A stretch of DNA of 64,000 nt from an uncultured Bacilli bacterium (lineage in GTDB: Bacteria > Bacillota_I > Bacilli_A > RF39 > UBA660). Below, in pieces: positions 9,151 through 19,345 of this stretch (the stretch's first letter is position 1; each line of letters begins with the position of its first letter). The position numbers were made by a program, and so were the translations under genes. The notes under the pieces were generated by a model that saw nothing but the letters and a program-made list of their open reading frames with translations, made no database searches and was not told the origin of the DNA. Where the stretch lies: positions 5,737 to 69,736 of the forward strand of contig CALVRW010000011.1 of assembly GCA_944358795.1 (NCBI GenBank), given 5' to 3'.

Positions 9151-9795
9151 ATGTAAATATTCTTCTAGAGTTAGTTGTTTTTCATAAATCGTAGTTGCGG
9201 CTTCTTTACCAACATAGCGGTAGTGCCAAGGTTCATATTTAAAACCAGTAATATGTTCTTTTCCACTTGGATAGCGTAAAATAAATCCATATTCATGGGC
9301 ATGTCTTTTCATCCATGTAAATGCGTTTGAATCTTCAAATCGATCATAATCCATATTTTCTCCCATTACATCAATGGATAGTCCGGTTTGATGTTCTGAA
9401 TGACCTGGTCTAGCACTACAATTATCCGCATATTTTTTCCCTTTTTCTTTCACATAATATTGATATAAATTTTTTTGATATCGATAACTGCGAAAGGTAG
9501 ATACTGCAATAATTTGATATCCATCTTGTTTTGCTTCATGACTTAACTGTTCAAAAGCATTTTTTACTTCTTTTCTTACATATTTATGATCATTTGCATA
9601 CTTTACATCTATTTTTTCTAAATCATAGGGAATATAGTTACTAGGTAAATAGTGAAATTTATTTACGAGAACAAGATTGGAATTCGGATTTTTAATGGGT
9701 GTTATATTTTGATAGAACTCTCTTTTTTGATTATCGTGGTTTATTGTTAAAATAAGAAGAATAAAGAGAATGATTCGAATCTTTTTTTTGTACAT
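9142..9795 (-). CDS. VanY-type D-alanyl-D-alanine carboxypeptidase (M15B), secreted
   Basis: Signature SARPGHSEHQTGLSIDV. An N-terminal signal or anchor is present. Confidence 0.85.
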   Translation of the reverse strand: MYKKKIRIILFILLILTINHDNQKREFYQNITPIKNPNSNLVLVNKFHYLPSNYIPYDLEKIDVKYANDHKYVRKEVKNAFEQLSHEAKQDGYQIIAVSTFRSYRYQKNLYQYYVKEKGKKYADNCSARPGHSEHQTGLSIDVMGENMDYDRFEDSNAFTWMKRHAHEYGFILRYPSGKEHITGFKYEPWHYRYVGKEAATTIYEKQLTLEEYLHKK

Positions 9796-9846
9796 ACTAT
9801 CACCACTATAATATATGCGAAAAGAAAAAAGAATCCTTTCGGTTTC

Positions 9847-12192
9847 TTAATTTTCTGTTCGTTTATCTATTCTTTTATAGAAGAAAGTTGAAAAGATTCC
9901 AAATAAGATAACGGTTATTACAGATAAAATAGATAATATGATAAACATTTCAAAACTAATAATTGTTAAACTATAGAAGTTTTGCATAAAGATGACTTGT
10001 AATAAAAATAGGACAATCATACTAATGAAGAGTGTTATTTTTAAAGGATTGAATGGTAAACATAAATAATAAAGTAGGATAAATCCTGTAATTGCATTCA
10101 TCATAACACATAGTGTAGACGTGACTGTGTCATTGAATTGAAATAAGTGAGAGCAAGCCATGATGGCTAAAATATTTAGTACAACTAAGATTGCAGTTGG
10201 TAAAGATTTACTTAATACATTTTTAAAGAAATTACCTTGGATACGATTTTTATTTGGTTGAATTGCAAGAATAAAAGAAGGAATTCCAATGGTAACTACA
10301 CTGGTTAATGTTAATTGTATTGGCATAAATGGATAATTCATTTGTAAAAATATAAATAGAATTGCCAAAATAGTAGAGTAGGATGTTTTAGTTAAAAATA
10401 GGGTAGCTGACTGTTCAATATTATTTACAGTTCTTCTTCCTTCATCGACAATTTTAGGCATGGCAGAAAAGTTAGAATTTAGTAATACTAATTCTGCGAT
10501 ATTTTTCGCAGCATCACTTCCATTTGGCATAGCAATACTACAATGTGCTTCTTTTAAAGCAAGTACATCATTGACTCCATCTCCTGTCATGGCGACATAA
10601 TGTTTATGTTCTTTCATGGCACGAATTAAATCTCTTTTTTGAGTAGGTGTTACACGTCCAAATATTGTATATTTTTCACTTGCTTCTTTGATTTCTTCTT
10701 CTGTGTGTAAAGTACTCATATCAATATAATTTTCATAGTCTTCAATTCCAGCTCTTTTGGCAATACCAGCAACTGTTTTTACATTATCTCCAGAAATAAC
10801 TTTAATTTGAACTCCTTGTTTTTTGAAATATTGTAACGTTTCTTTCGCATCATTTCTAATTTTATCTTGGATATATAATAATCCATATAATTCTAAGTCT
10901 TCAGGAATTTCTTTTTCTTTGATTTCTTTTTTTGTATGAGCAAGTACTAAAATACGGTATTCTAATAAATCATTTTGTATCATGTTTTCTAATTTTTGAT
11001 ATTGATGTTTTAGTAGTATTTCAGGTGCTCCTAAATAAAAGGTTCCTTTTTTTTCAAAGGTACATGCTGAAAATTTAATGTCTGAAGAAAAGGGGATTTT
11101 TTTTGTACAATTCCAATTGGATGGAGTATGATACTGTTCTTTGATTGCTAAAATAGTTGCATTACTATCGTCAATGTGTTGGCAAAAGGCATTCATAACT
11201 TCGTCAATTTCTTCTTTTTGATGTTTTTCTAAAGGAATTGTTTTTTTAAATTCCATTTTTCCTTCGGTAATTGTTCCAGTTTTATCAAGACATAAGGTAT
11301 CAATACGAGCAAGTGTTTCGATGCAATATAAGTCTTTTACTAATACTTTATATTTTGATAAACGAATGACACTAACAGCTAAAACAGTACTAGTAAGAAG
11401 GACAAGTCCTTCAGGAATCATGCCTAAAACACCAGCTACTGTATTTACTACGGCAGTCTGTATGTTATTATCAGGAATTTGTAATTGATTAAAAAATAAG
11501 ATGGTACCGATTGGGATAATTGCAATCGAAATCCATTTGATAATTTTATTTAGTGATTGCATTAAAATAGAACTAGTAGGTTTATGATATTTTGCTTCAC
11601 ATGATATTTTAGCAGTATAATTATCCATTCCAATATGTTCTACTTTTGCTCTTACTTTACCACTTACTAAGAAACTACCAGATCGTAGCATCTTACCAGC
11701 ATCTTTATATTCTGTATCAGATTCTCCAGTAATAAACGATTCATCTACTTCACAACTACCTTCCATGATAATCGCATCCGTTACAATTTGTTCTCCTGGT
11801 TTTATTTCTAATACATCATCTAAAACAATTTCATCAATGGCAATCTCTTTTTCTTTTCCATCACGAATTGCGTGGACTTTACTAGCCGAAATAATGGATA
11901 GGGCATCAATTTCTTTTTTTGCTCGAATTTCTTGGATAATACTAATAATGGTATTACAAAATACAACTCCTAAAAATAATAAATTTTTATAAGATTGGAC
12001 GAGAATAATTAAGATTGCAAGTCCAAAGTTAAGTAAATTAAACAATGTGAAAATATTTGAAAAAATAATTTGCTTAATTGTTTTTGTTGGAACAGAAGTA
12101 TCATAGTTTACTAAATTATCATGAATTCTTTGTTCTACTTGTTCACTTGATAATCCAAAAGTAGAACTAGGTTGATATCGTACTTCTTTCAT
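9847..12192 (-). CDS. Cation-transporting P-type ATPase (type II, PEGL-containing)
   Basis: Phosphorylation motif DKTGTIT, hinge motif GDGVNDVLALKEAHCSIAMP and a PEGL motif are present, along with multiple TM segments. The start is taken at MKEVRYQ because the RBS aaggtg precedes it; the ORF track extends to 12255. Confidence 0.9.
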   Translation of the reverse strand: MKEVRYQPSSTFGLSSEQVEQRIHDNLVNYDTSVPTKTIKQIIFSNIFTLFNLLNFGLAILIILVQSYKNLLFLGVVFCNTIISIIQEIRAKKEIDALSIISASKVHAIRDGKEKEIAIDEIVLDDVLEIKPGEQIVTDAIIMEGSCEVDESFITGESDTEYKDAGKMLRSGSFLVSGKVRAKVEHIGMDNYTAKISCEAKYHKPTSSILMQSLNKIIKWISIAIIPIGTILFFNQLQIPDNNIQTAVVNTVAGVLGMIPEGLVLLTSTVLAVSVIRLSKYKVLVKDLYCIETLARIDTLCLDKTGTITEGKMEFKKTIPLEKHQKEEIDEVMNAFCQHIDDSNATILAIKEQYHTPSNWNCTKKIPFSSDIKFSACTFEKKGTFYLGAPEILLKHQYQKLENMIQNDLLEYRILVLAHTKKEIKEKEIPEDLELYGLLYIQDKIRNDAKETLQYFKKQGVQIKVISGDNVKTVAGIAKRAGIEDYENYIDMSTLHTEEEIKEASEKYTIFGRVTPTQKRDLIRAMKEHKHYVAMTGDGVNDVLALKEAHCSIAMPNGSDAAKNIAELVLLNSNFSAMPKIVDEGRRTVNNIEQSATLFLTKTSYSTILAILFIFLQMNYPFMPIQLTLTSVVTIGIPSFILAIQPNKNRIQGNFFKNVLSKSLPTAILVVLNILAIMACSHLFQFNDTVTSTLCVMMNAITGFILLYYLCLPFNPLKITLFISMIVLFLLQVIFMQNFYSLTIISFEMFIILSILSVITVILFGIFSTFFYKRIDKRTEN

Positions 12193-12285
12193 ATGACACC
12201 TTCTTTCTTTTTTTATTATAACATGTTCTAGCAAGACAGGAAAGAAGTGTGACAAATTTGTTAGAAAGAAAAGAAGTAATCAAAA

Positions 12286-13446
12286 TTACTTCTTATTTAG
12301 ATAATATTCATAATATTCTTCGTACGTAATATTTTCTTTCTGAATCTTTTCTGCCATTTCTTTTCCAACATAGCGGTAATGCCAAGATTCATAATGATAT
12401 CCAGTTATATATTCTTTTTCTTTTGGATAGCGTAAGATAAATCCATAACGATAGGCATTCTCGATTAACCAAGTAAATTCATTTGTACCTTCAAATGTAT
12501 CAAAATTACTACGACTACTTGTAATATCTAAAGCTAGTCCAGTTTGATGTTCTGAATGTCCAGGTCTTGCTGAATAACTATCTGCCCATTCTAATCCATG
12601 CTCGTTTTTATAACGATTATAGATAATGTTTTGTGTTTCATAACTACGATATCCAGAAGTAATACTAAGTAGAAGACCTTCTTTTGCTGCATCTTGTTTC
12701 ATCTGTTGATAAGCATCGGCAACTTCTTTTTTCGCAGATTCATTTCCTTCGATTGTCACTAAATCTTCTGGCACGTAATCTTTATCTAATTGATAATATT
12801 TATTTACTAAAATGAGATTTCCTTTTTCTAAATCTGTTTTTTTAATATTGGTATAAAATTCGTAATCTAAGTTTGCATTGACATCTCTTACTACATCAAC
12901 GGTATCTTTTTTTGTTTTGTTGTAATAATTGATATAACGAATTAAATGATCTTCTATATAATATTTTTCTTTTTGTAGTAGGGGAATAATATCTGAATAT
13001 GGAATATTTGCATTTACGAGTGTTACAGATGTATTAGCATCTAATTTAGAACGACTAGCAAATGCCATATATTCTTTAATTTTCTTTTCGTTATATTCAT
13101 TATTTTCATCTAAGTTATTATTGATGATAAATACAGTTTCTTCACTTGTTGTTTTATGTGATTTTTGATAAACAAAGTATTCTTTAAATTGATTTTTGTT
13201 AAATTCTTCTTCTTTAATTAAAGATTGAATATTTTTGTTGTAGTCAATAGTTTTAATTGTTTCAATATCTTTTTGATTCAATGTTTTAATTAACTCTACT
13301 TCTTCATTATTATAACCAATTTTCTTTAATTGATAATCATCTGTTTTTCGATATTCTAAATAACGATAAAAATTAATACCTCCAATAATAATTAAAAGAA
13401 CGACTACTATGGCAAGTATTATAGTTTTATAATTTTTCTTTTTCAT
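12286..13446 (-). CDS. Membrane-anchored VanY-domain D,D-carboxypeptidase paralog
   Basis: An N-terminal TM is followed by a long K/E/N-rich linker and then a C-terminal SARPGHSEHQTGLALDI domain. The start is taken at MKKKNYK because the RBS aggtga precedes it. Confidence 0.8.
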   Translation of the reverse strand: MKKKNYKTIILAIVVVLLIIIGGINFYRYLEYRKTDDYQLKKIGYNNEEVELIKTLNQKDIETIKTIDYNKNIQSLIKEEEFNKNQFKEYFVYQKSHKTTSEETVFIINNNLDENNEYNEKKIKEYMAFASRSKLDANTSVTLVNANIPYSDIIPLLQKEKYYIEDHLIRYINYYNKTKKDTVDVVRDVNANLDYEFYTNIKKTDLEKGNLILVNKYYQLDKDYVPEDLVTIEGNESAKKEVADAYQQMKQDAAKEGLLLSITSGYRSYETQNIIYNRYKNEHGLEWADSYSARPGHSEHQTGLALDITSSRSNFDTFEGTNEFTWLIENAYRYGFILRYPKEKEYITGYHYESWHYRYVGKEMAEKIQKENITYEEYYEYYLNKK

Positions 13447-13528
13447 CCTATCACCTAATAATATTATATAGAAAAGGCTAGAGGAGTGCAAATCTTTTTT
13501 TAAAAAAACGTATGAGGTGTTTCATACG

Positions 13529-14503
13529 TTATTTGTCAGCTAAATAATATGCATAATATTCGTCATAAGTAATTCCTAAGTCATGAATTTTTGTTGCAAC
13601 TTCTTTTCCAACATAACGGTAATGCCATGATTCATAACTATATCCCGTAATATCTTCTTTTCCTTTTGGAAATCTTAAGATAAAACCATATTTATGAGCA
13701 TTTTTTTGTAACCATTTAAATTCTTCTGTTTGATCAAATTCATTGTTATAACTATTATAAGTTACTATATCAAGTGCAAGTCCCGTTTGATGTTCAGAGT
13801 GTCCAGCACGTGCAGCTCTACTATCTGCATCTTCTTCACCAGTACTATTCGCAATACTATTCCATACTTCATCTTGTGATTCATAATCACGATAAGAAGA
13901 AGTCACAATTAAAGTTAAACCTTCTTTATTAGCCGCATTCCACATACTACGATATGCTTCATATACTTTTTTAGAAATTTGTTGACCTTCATATGCGTAT
14001 TGACTAGATATTTCTACAATTTGATCTGGTTGAAAGTTTTTATTTAATTTATTATATTTGTTAACTAAAATAAGATCACCTTTACTGGTATCCGTGTTTT
14101 TTACATGGGTATAATATTCGTAGTCACGGTTAACATTTACCATTGTAACAATATCTTTCATACTGAGATCACGATGTTTATTCGCATATTTTAAATAACG
14201 ATCTAAGTTGTCAAATATGAAATATCTCTGTGTCAATAATTTTGGAATAATTCGATTATAACGAAGTTCTTTTATTTTATCTAATTGTTTATCGTTATTC
14301 TTTGTCTTTTTTAAAATTGTTTCTACATCACTTTTACTATAGCCTTTATCAAGAAGTTTATATTCATCACTCATACGATAAGTAATTGTATTCACTAAAT
14401 ATACAATGATGATGATTGCTAATATAGTTCCTCCAATAAATAGTTTTCCAAATTTAGATAAGCGAATTCTTTTTTTCTTTCTTGTATTAAGCGTTGTATT
14501 CAT
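13529..14503 (-). CDS. Membrane-anchored VanY-domain D,D-carboxypeptidase paralog
   Basis: An N-terminal TM is followed by a linker and then a C-terminal RAARAGHSEHQTGLALDI domain. The start is taken at MNTTLNT because the RBS aaggtgat precedes it. Confidence 0.8.
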   Translation of the reverse strand: MNTTLNTRKKKRIRLSKFGKLFIGGTILAIIIIVYLVNTITYRMSDEYKLLDKGYSKSDVETILKKTKNNDKQLDKIKELRYNRIIPKLLTQRYFIFDNLDRYLKYANKHRDLSMKDIVTMVNVNRDYEYYTHVKNTDTSKGDLILVNKYNKLNKNFQPDQIVEISSQYAYEGQQISKKVYEAYRSMWNAANKEGLTLIVTSSYRDYESQDEVWNSIANSTGEEDADSRAARAGHSEHQTGLALDIVTYNSYNNEFDQTEEFKWLQKNAHKYGFILRFPKGKEDITGYSYESWHYRYVGKEVATKIHDLGITYDEYYAYYLADK

Positions 14504-14627
14504 TATTATCACCTTAAACTTATTATAACCAAATTTTAGCAATAATACAACTTGATATATGACTAATTTGTATAATATCAAAAGAATGGTAAATGGTAAT
14601 AGTAAATGATCAAATAGGTGAGATGAT

Positions 14628-15140
14628 ATGAATACATTAATTACATGTCTAACAATATTTTTCGCGAGAATTACCGATGTAACACTAGGTAGCTTAAGAA
14701 TTATTTTTTTGGGAAAGGGAAAATCTTTTTTCGCTTTTTGTTTTGGATTTTTCGAAATTTTTATTTGGTTTATGGTTGCGAAAGATGCTTTGGCGCAAGG
14801 AGATAACTGGTGGATTGTTTTATCGTATGCTTCAGGGTATGCTGTAGGAACTTATATTGGGAGTTTAATTAGTGAACATTTTATTAAAGGAACATTAGGT
14901 GTTCAAATTGTAACAAGTTTTCGTGATGATGAAATGGTTCATAGTTTAAGAAAAAATGGATTTGCAGTATCGGCCATTGATATTCGGGGTAGAGATAAAA
15001 ACAGTAGTAAGTATATGCTTTTTTTAGAAATTAATAAGAAGAGATTTGATTCGCTACGTTATTTGGTGAAAGAATTAGATCCAACTGCTTTTGTTGTTGT
15101 AAACGATACAAAGTATGTTCAAAATGGATATTTTAAGTAA
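14628..15140 (+). CDS. UPF0316/DUF2179-like small membrane protein
   Basis: Two or three TM segments are followed by a soluble C-domain. The layout resembles the Bacillus UPF0316 family by eye. Confidence 0.5.
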   Translation: MNTLITCLTIFFARITDVTLGSLRIIFLGKGKSFFAFCFGFFEIFIWFMVAKDALAQGDNWWIVLSYASGYAVGTYIGSLISEHFIKGTLGVQIVTSFRDDEMVHSLRKNGFAVSAIDIRGRDKNSSKYMLFLEINKKRFDSLRYLVKELDPTAFVVVNDTKYVQNGYFK

Positions 15141-15188
15141 GGAGTACTATTTTTTTTATTATCACATATTTTTTATTAGAGGTGAAAC

Positions 15189-16376
15189 ATGAAAAAAATA
15201 GGAATCATCGGAATGATTGTTTGTGTTTTGTTTTCAACTTTTATCATACCAGTAAAAGCAGATGTGACAAGTCCAGTAAATGGAACGGGATTACAATTAG
15301 CAGAATCGGCAAAAAGTGTGATTATGTTAGAGGCAAGTACTGGAAAAATATTATATGAACGCAATGCAGATGAAAAATTAGCGCCTGCTTCTATGACAAA
15401 AATGATGAGTTTATTAATTATTATGGAATCAATTGAACAAGGAATTATTCGTTTAGATGAAATGGTTACCGTTAGTGAAAATGCATCTAGTATGGGTGGA
15501 AGTCAAATTTTATTAGAAACGGGAGAACAAATGAGTGTTGATGATTTAATTAAAGGGATTGCGATTGCAAGTGCGAATGATGCCGTTGTCGCATTAGCAG
15601 AAAAGATTGCTGGTAGTGAGGAAGAGTTTGTAAATAAAATGAATGAACGTGCTAAAGAATTAGGGTTAAAAAATACACATTTTAAAAATCCACATGGACT
15701 TGATACGGCAGATCATTATTCTTCAGCACGTGATATGGGACTAATTGCGAAAGAATTAGTAAGACATAAAAAGATTTTAGATTATAGTTCTATTTATGAA
15801 GATTATTTAAGAGAGAATACTGATCGTAAGATTTGGTTAGTAAATACTAATAAACTAGTTCGTTTTTATGATGGGGTAGATGGATTAAAAACGGGATTTA
15901 CTGAAGAAGCTGGATATTGTTTAACTGCAACAGCAGAAAAAAATGGAATGCGAATTATCACAGTTGTAATGGGAGAACCAGATAGTAAAACAAGAAATAA
16001 AGAAACGACAGAATTATTAGATTATGCGTTTGCTAATTATAAAATACAAACACTTGTAAAAGAGCAAGAACCAATTGGCAAAGTAAAAGTATTAAAAGGA
16101 AAAGAAAAATATACTGATTTAGTTCCGATGGAACAAGCTACTTTATTAAGTAAGAAGGTAGAAAAAGAAAAAAAAGCTACTTATGAAGTAGAACTTGATT
16201 ATATTGAAGCTCCAGTTAAGAAAGGTGATGTTGTTGGTAAAATGACATTACTAGCAGATGGGAAAAAGGTAAGAGATATTAATCTTACGGTAATAGAAAA
16301 TATAGAAAAAGCTTCGTTTTTAGAATTATTCTGGAATCATTTTAAAGATATTGTAAGTGGTCATATCACAATTTAA
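15189..16376 (+). CDS. Serine-type D-alanyl-D-alanine carboxypeptidase (PBP5 family, DacA/DacF-like)
   Basis: A signal peptide is present, with the SxxK motif as SMTKMMS and the SxN motif as SANDAV. Confidence 0.85.
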   Translation: MKKIGIIGMIVCVLFSTFIIPVKADVTSPVNGTGLQLAESAKSVIMLEASTGKILYERNADEKLAPASMTKMMSLLIIMESIEQGIIRLDEMVTVSENASSMGGSQILLETGEQMSVDDLIKGIAIASANDAVVALAEKIAGSEEEFVNKMNERAKELGLKNTHFKNPHGLDTADHYSSARDMGLIAKELVRHKKILDYSSIYEDYLRENTDRKIWLVNTNKLVRFYDGVDGLKTGFTEEAGYCLTATAEKNGMRIITVVMGEPDSKTRNKETTELLDYAFANYKIQTLVKEQEPIGKVKVLKGKEKYTDLVPMEQATLLSKKVEKEKKATYEVELDYIEAPVKKGDVVGKMTLLADGKKVRDINLTVIENIEKASFLELFWNHFKDIVSGHITI

Positions 16377-16377
16377 G

Positions 16378-16402
16378 CTATCCTACAAGGGATAGTTTTT
16401 TT
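16378..16402 (+). terminator. Rho-independent terminator
   Basis: Stem ctatcc / ggatag followed by T7. Confidence 0.65.
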
Positions 16403-16477
16403 GTCGTTTGCAATTTTTTTGAAATTTTGTTATAATGACACTAGATTGTAGCATAATAGTGCAGGGAGGACGTTTCT

Positions 16478-17014
16478 ATGAAAAAAAAGAAAAATATCGG
16501 TGTTAGTTTAATTACTATATTTTGTATGATTGTTTTATTTATGGGAGTAGGGTATGCATCATTTCAAGAAATTTCAACAGTAAGTGGAACTGTTGATAAT
16601 GGAAGTGTATGGAATGTACATTTTGATAAAATTGAAGCGACAGTACCAGATGGAAGTTTAGCAGTAAATCATCAAGCAGAATTAGATGCGACAAAAAAGA
16701 CAGCAATTATTGATGTTAGTTTAAGTCAACCAAGTGATGAAATATCATATGCATTGACAGTTGCAAATGAAGGAAATATTGATGCAATTGTTGAATCAAT
16801 TGAAGTTGCAGAAGCAAGTGATGAAACTGTAGAAACACATGTATCTCCAATTTCTTATACAGTTGATGGATTATCAAAAGGAGCAACAATACCAGCAGGA
16901 TCGAAAGCAACTTTTACAGTGACGGCAAGATATAATCAAACTGATAAAACAGCAATTACTACTGAAAGAAAAAATGTTTCTGTTGTTGTACATTATCAAT
17001 TAAGAACAAAATAG
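16478..17014 (+). CDS. Small secreted protein with SipW-cognate-type signal peptide (TasA/camelysin-like)
   Basis: N-terminus MKKKKNIGVSLITIFCMIVLFMGVGYASFQEI resembles the SipW-cognate class (TasA GTWAAFND-like). The mature part is Thr/Val-rich and predicted to be beta-rich. Confidence 0.5.
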   Translation: MKKKKNIGVSLITIFCMIVLFMGVGYASFQEISTVSGTVDNGSVWNVHFDKIEATVPDGSLAVNHQAELDATKKTAIIDVSLSQPSDEISYALTVANEGNIDAIVESIEVAEASDETVETHVSPISYTVDGLSKGATIPAGSKATFTVTARYNQTDKTAITTERKNVSVVVHYQLRTK

Positions 17015-17040
17015 AGAATTTCATGTTCTCTTTTTTTCTT
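17015..17040 (+). terminator. Terminator-like hairpin after the secreted protein gene (partial read-through plausible)
   Basis: agagaa tttcatgt tctct followed by a T-run. Confidence 0.45.
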
Positions 17041-17085
17041 GATCAAAACATGTTATAATAACATTATGATAGAGAGAGTGAAACT

Positions 17086-18198
17086 ATGGAAAGAAGAAAA
17101 AGAACGAAAATTATCATTTATGTTGTTAGTATTATTTTTTTTCTTTTCTCTCTTTTCTTTTTGAATTCTTTTTTACAACCTCATCAATTATGGATACAAT
17201 TATTATTTTGGTTGGTTCTAGGAATTATATTATATGATACTTTTCCACCGATGAAAGAAAGAAAAAAAGAGGTATCTTCTACGATCCGAATGATGTTACG
17301 AATTCTTTTCTTATATTATAGTATAGTATTTTTATTAGGACTATGGATAGGATATGGTAATAATCAAATTTCAATTTCATTTAAATTTTTATTAACACAG
17401 ATAGTACCATTTATTTTGATTTTATTTTTTCAGGAATATGTTCGAGGAAAGTTATTATTTCAAACTACGTTTAAAGAGCGTATATTCCTTACCATATTGT
17501 TTACTTTAGCAACTAGTATCACAGTGTTTACAATTTATCAAAATCAAGATATTACACTTACTTCTTCTTTGATAATCACAATTATTTTATCAAGTATCAC
17601 TAGTAATATGTTATATACATATCTAACTTATGATAAGAGTTATAAACTGTCACTTTTATTTCGTTATCTTACAGAATTAATGCTGTTTATCATTCCGATT
17701 TTTCCACAGGTTTCTACAATTTGGCGTATCATTTTTACAATGTTATTACCAATTTTAGTTCTTGATCAATTATATCGTTATTCACCTTATCAAAGACGAC
17801 ATTTTGATAAAGGATTTCGACTCTTATTTTATCCGGTTATGGTCGTTTTTATATTTGTATTCGTTTTAGTAACTGGTATTTCTCGATATCAAATGATTGC
17901 AGTAGCATCTAATTCTATGAAACCTGTTTTTAGAAGAGGAGATACGATTGTATTTGATAAGAAAGATAAGAATATTGAAGTCAATGATATTATTGTATTT
18001 AAACGAAATAATCAGATTGTAATTCATCGTGTTTCTAAAATTATCAAACAAGGAAATAAGTTATATTATGAAACAAAGGGGGATAATAATTCTCTTCCTG
18101 ATCATGCTTATGTATCAGAAAAAGATGTGATAGGTACTGTGACAGGACATGTATCTTATTTGGGATATCCTTCAATATGGATAAAAGAATTAATATAA
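17086..18198 (+). CDS. Fusion protein: N-terminal polytopic membrane domain (about 8 TM, about 260 aa) plus C-terminal signal peptidase I (SipW-like)
   Basis: The C-terminal third carries the signal peptidase I boxes AVASNSMKPVFRRGDTIV, NDIIVF, VIHRV and GDNN. The N-terminal two-thirds is repeatedly hydrophobic. Confidence 0.7.
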   Translation: MERRKRTKIIIYVVSIIFFLFSLFFLNSFLQPHQLWIQLLFWLVLGIILYDTFPPMKERKKEVSSTIRMMLRILFLYYSIVFLLGLWIGYGNNQISISFKFLLTQIVPFILILFFQEYVRGKLLFQTTFKERIFLTILFTLATSITVFTIYQNQDITLTSSLIITIILSSITSNMLYTYLTYDKSYKLSLLFRYLTELMLFIIPIFPQVSTIWRIIFTMLLPILVLDQLYRYSPYQRRHFDKGFRLLFYPVMVVFIFVFVLVTGISRYQMIAVASNSMKPVFRRGDTIVFDKKDKNIEVNDIIVFKRNNQIVIHRVSKIIKQGNKLYYETKGDNNSLPDHAYVSEKDVIGTVTGHVSYLGYPSIWIKELI

Positions 18199-18208
18199 AG
18201 GAGTTTAT

Positions 18209-19267
18209 ATGAAAAAGAAATGGAAAGTAAAAAAAAGTTTGATTTCTTCTATGAAATGGATATTAGCAATTGTTCTGATTCTTATGTCTTTATTCATTTT
18301 AGTTGTTAGTATTGGAACAAAAGAACCAGAAGAACTTACGACAATAGAAGAAAAAGGTACTTTAGATTATCAAGTATATTTAAAACCAAATCAATATTAT
18401 CAAGTACCATATTTAAAAAAAGGAGAACGTTATATTTCGGCACTAATAGATGCGGTTAACGTACAATTTGAATATGAGTTGGATTCTACAGAAGCTTTAA
18501 ATTATGATGGAAAATATCGAATTGATGCATCATTAGATGTAAAACAAAAAAATGATACGGAAGATAGTAAAACTTTATGGGCAAAACAATTTGTAATTCA
18601 ACCAACTAAACAAACAAAAATACAAAATAAAAATAAAATAACAGTAAAAGATGAGTTTGTATTAGACTATGATATTTATACGAATTTAGTTCGTACGTTT
18701 CAAGAACAATATAAAGTTGATGTTCTAGCCAACTTAGATGTTAAAATCTATATTGATACTGTTGGTATATTAGAAAATAAAAATAAAGATATTACAAAAA
18801 ATATTGTTATGAGTTTACAAATTCCATTAAATCAGACAACGATTGATATTACGGAAGAGAATAATATTGTTCGAGGTGAAGAAACGATTGTTGAAACTTC
18901 AGATGAGATGATTCAACATAAACCACTCTTTATTTTAGGATGTTTCTTATTATCTGCTTCTACGATTGTCTTTGTGTATTATGGATTAGAATTATTAAAA
19001 GATGGAAAAGAACAATACTCTTATAGTAAAGAAAAGAATCGAATTTTAAAGAAATATGATTCTGTGATTGTCAATGCGAAGAGAATACCGAATATCGATG
19101 GTTTATCAATTATTGAAGTATCTAGTTTTGATGAATTATTAGATGCTGAAGAAGAATTACGTACACCAATTATCTTTGTTGAAATGATACCAGGAGCAGT
19201 TGGTTGGTTCTTTATCATTACACAAAATCAGGTATGGCGTTATGTTTTAAAAGTCAAAGTGAAGTAA
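18209..19267 (+). CDS. Bitopic membrane protein (N-terminal TM anchor, about 230-aa extracytoplasmic domain, second TM, short cytoplasmic tail)
   Basis: The gene is 10 nt downstream of the SipW-fusion gene. I recognised no motif. Confidence 0.45.
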   Translation: MKKKWKVKKSLISSMKWILAIVLILMSLFILVVSIGTKEPEELTTIEEKGTLDYQVYLKPNQYYQVPYLKKGERYISALIDAVNVQFEYELDSTEALNYDGKYRIDASLDVKQKNDTEDSKTLWAKQFVIQPTKQTKIQNKNKITVKDEFVLDYDIYTNLVRTFQEQYKVDVLANLDVKIYIDTVGILENKNKDITKNIVMSLQIPLNQTTIDITEENNIVRGEETIVETSDEMIQHKPLFILGCFLLSASTIVFVYYGLELLKDGKEQYSYSKEKNRILKKYDSVIVNAKRIPNIDGLSIIEVSSFDELLDAEEELRTPIIFVEMIPGAVGWFFIITQNQVWRYVLKVKVK

Positions 19268-19292
19268 AGATTCTATTTTAGAATCTTTTTTC
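19267..19292 (+). terminator. Rho-independent terminator
   Basis: Stem aagattcta / tagaatctt followed by T6. Confidence 0.65.
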
Positions 19293-19345
19293 GATGAAAT
19301 TTTGTGTTATTAGTGTTATACTAAAGATAGATAGGATGGGATAAT

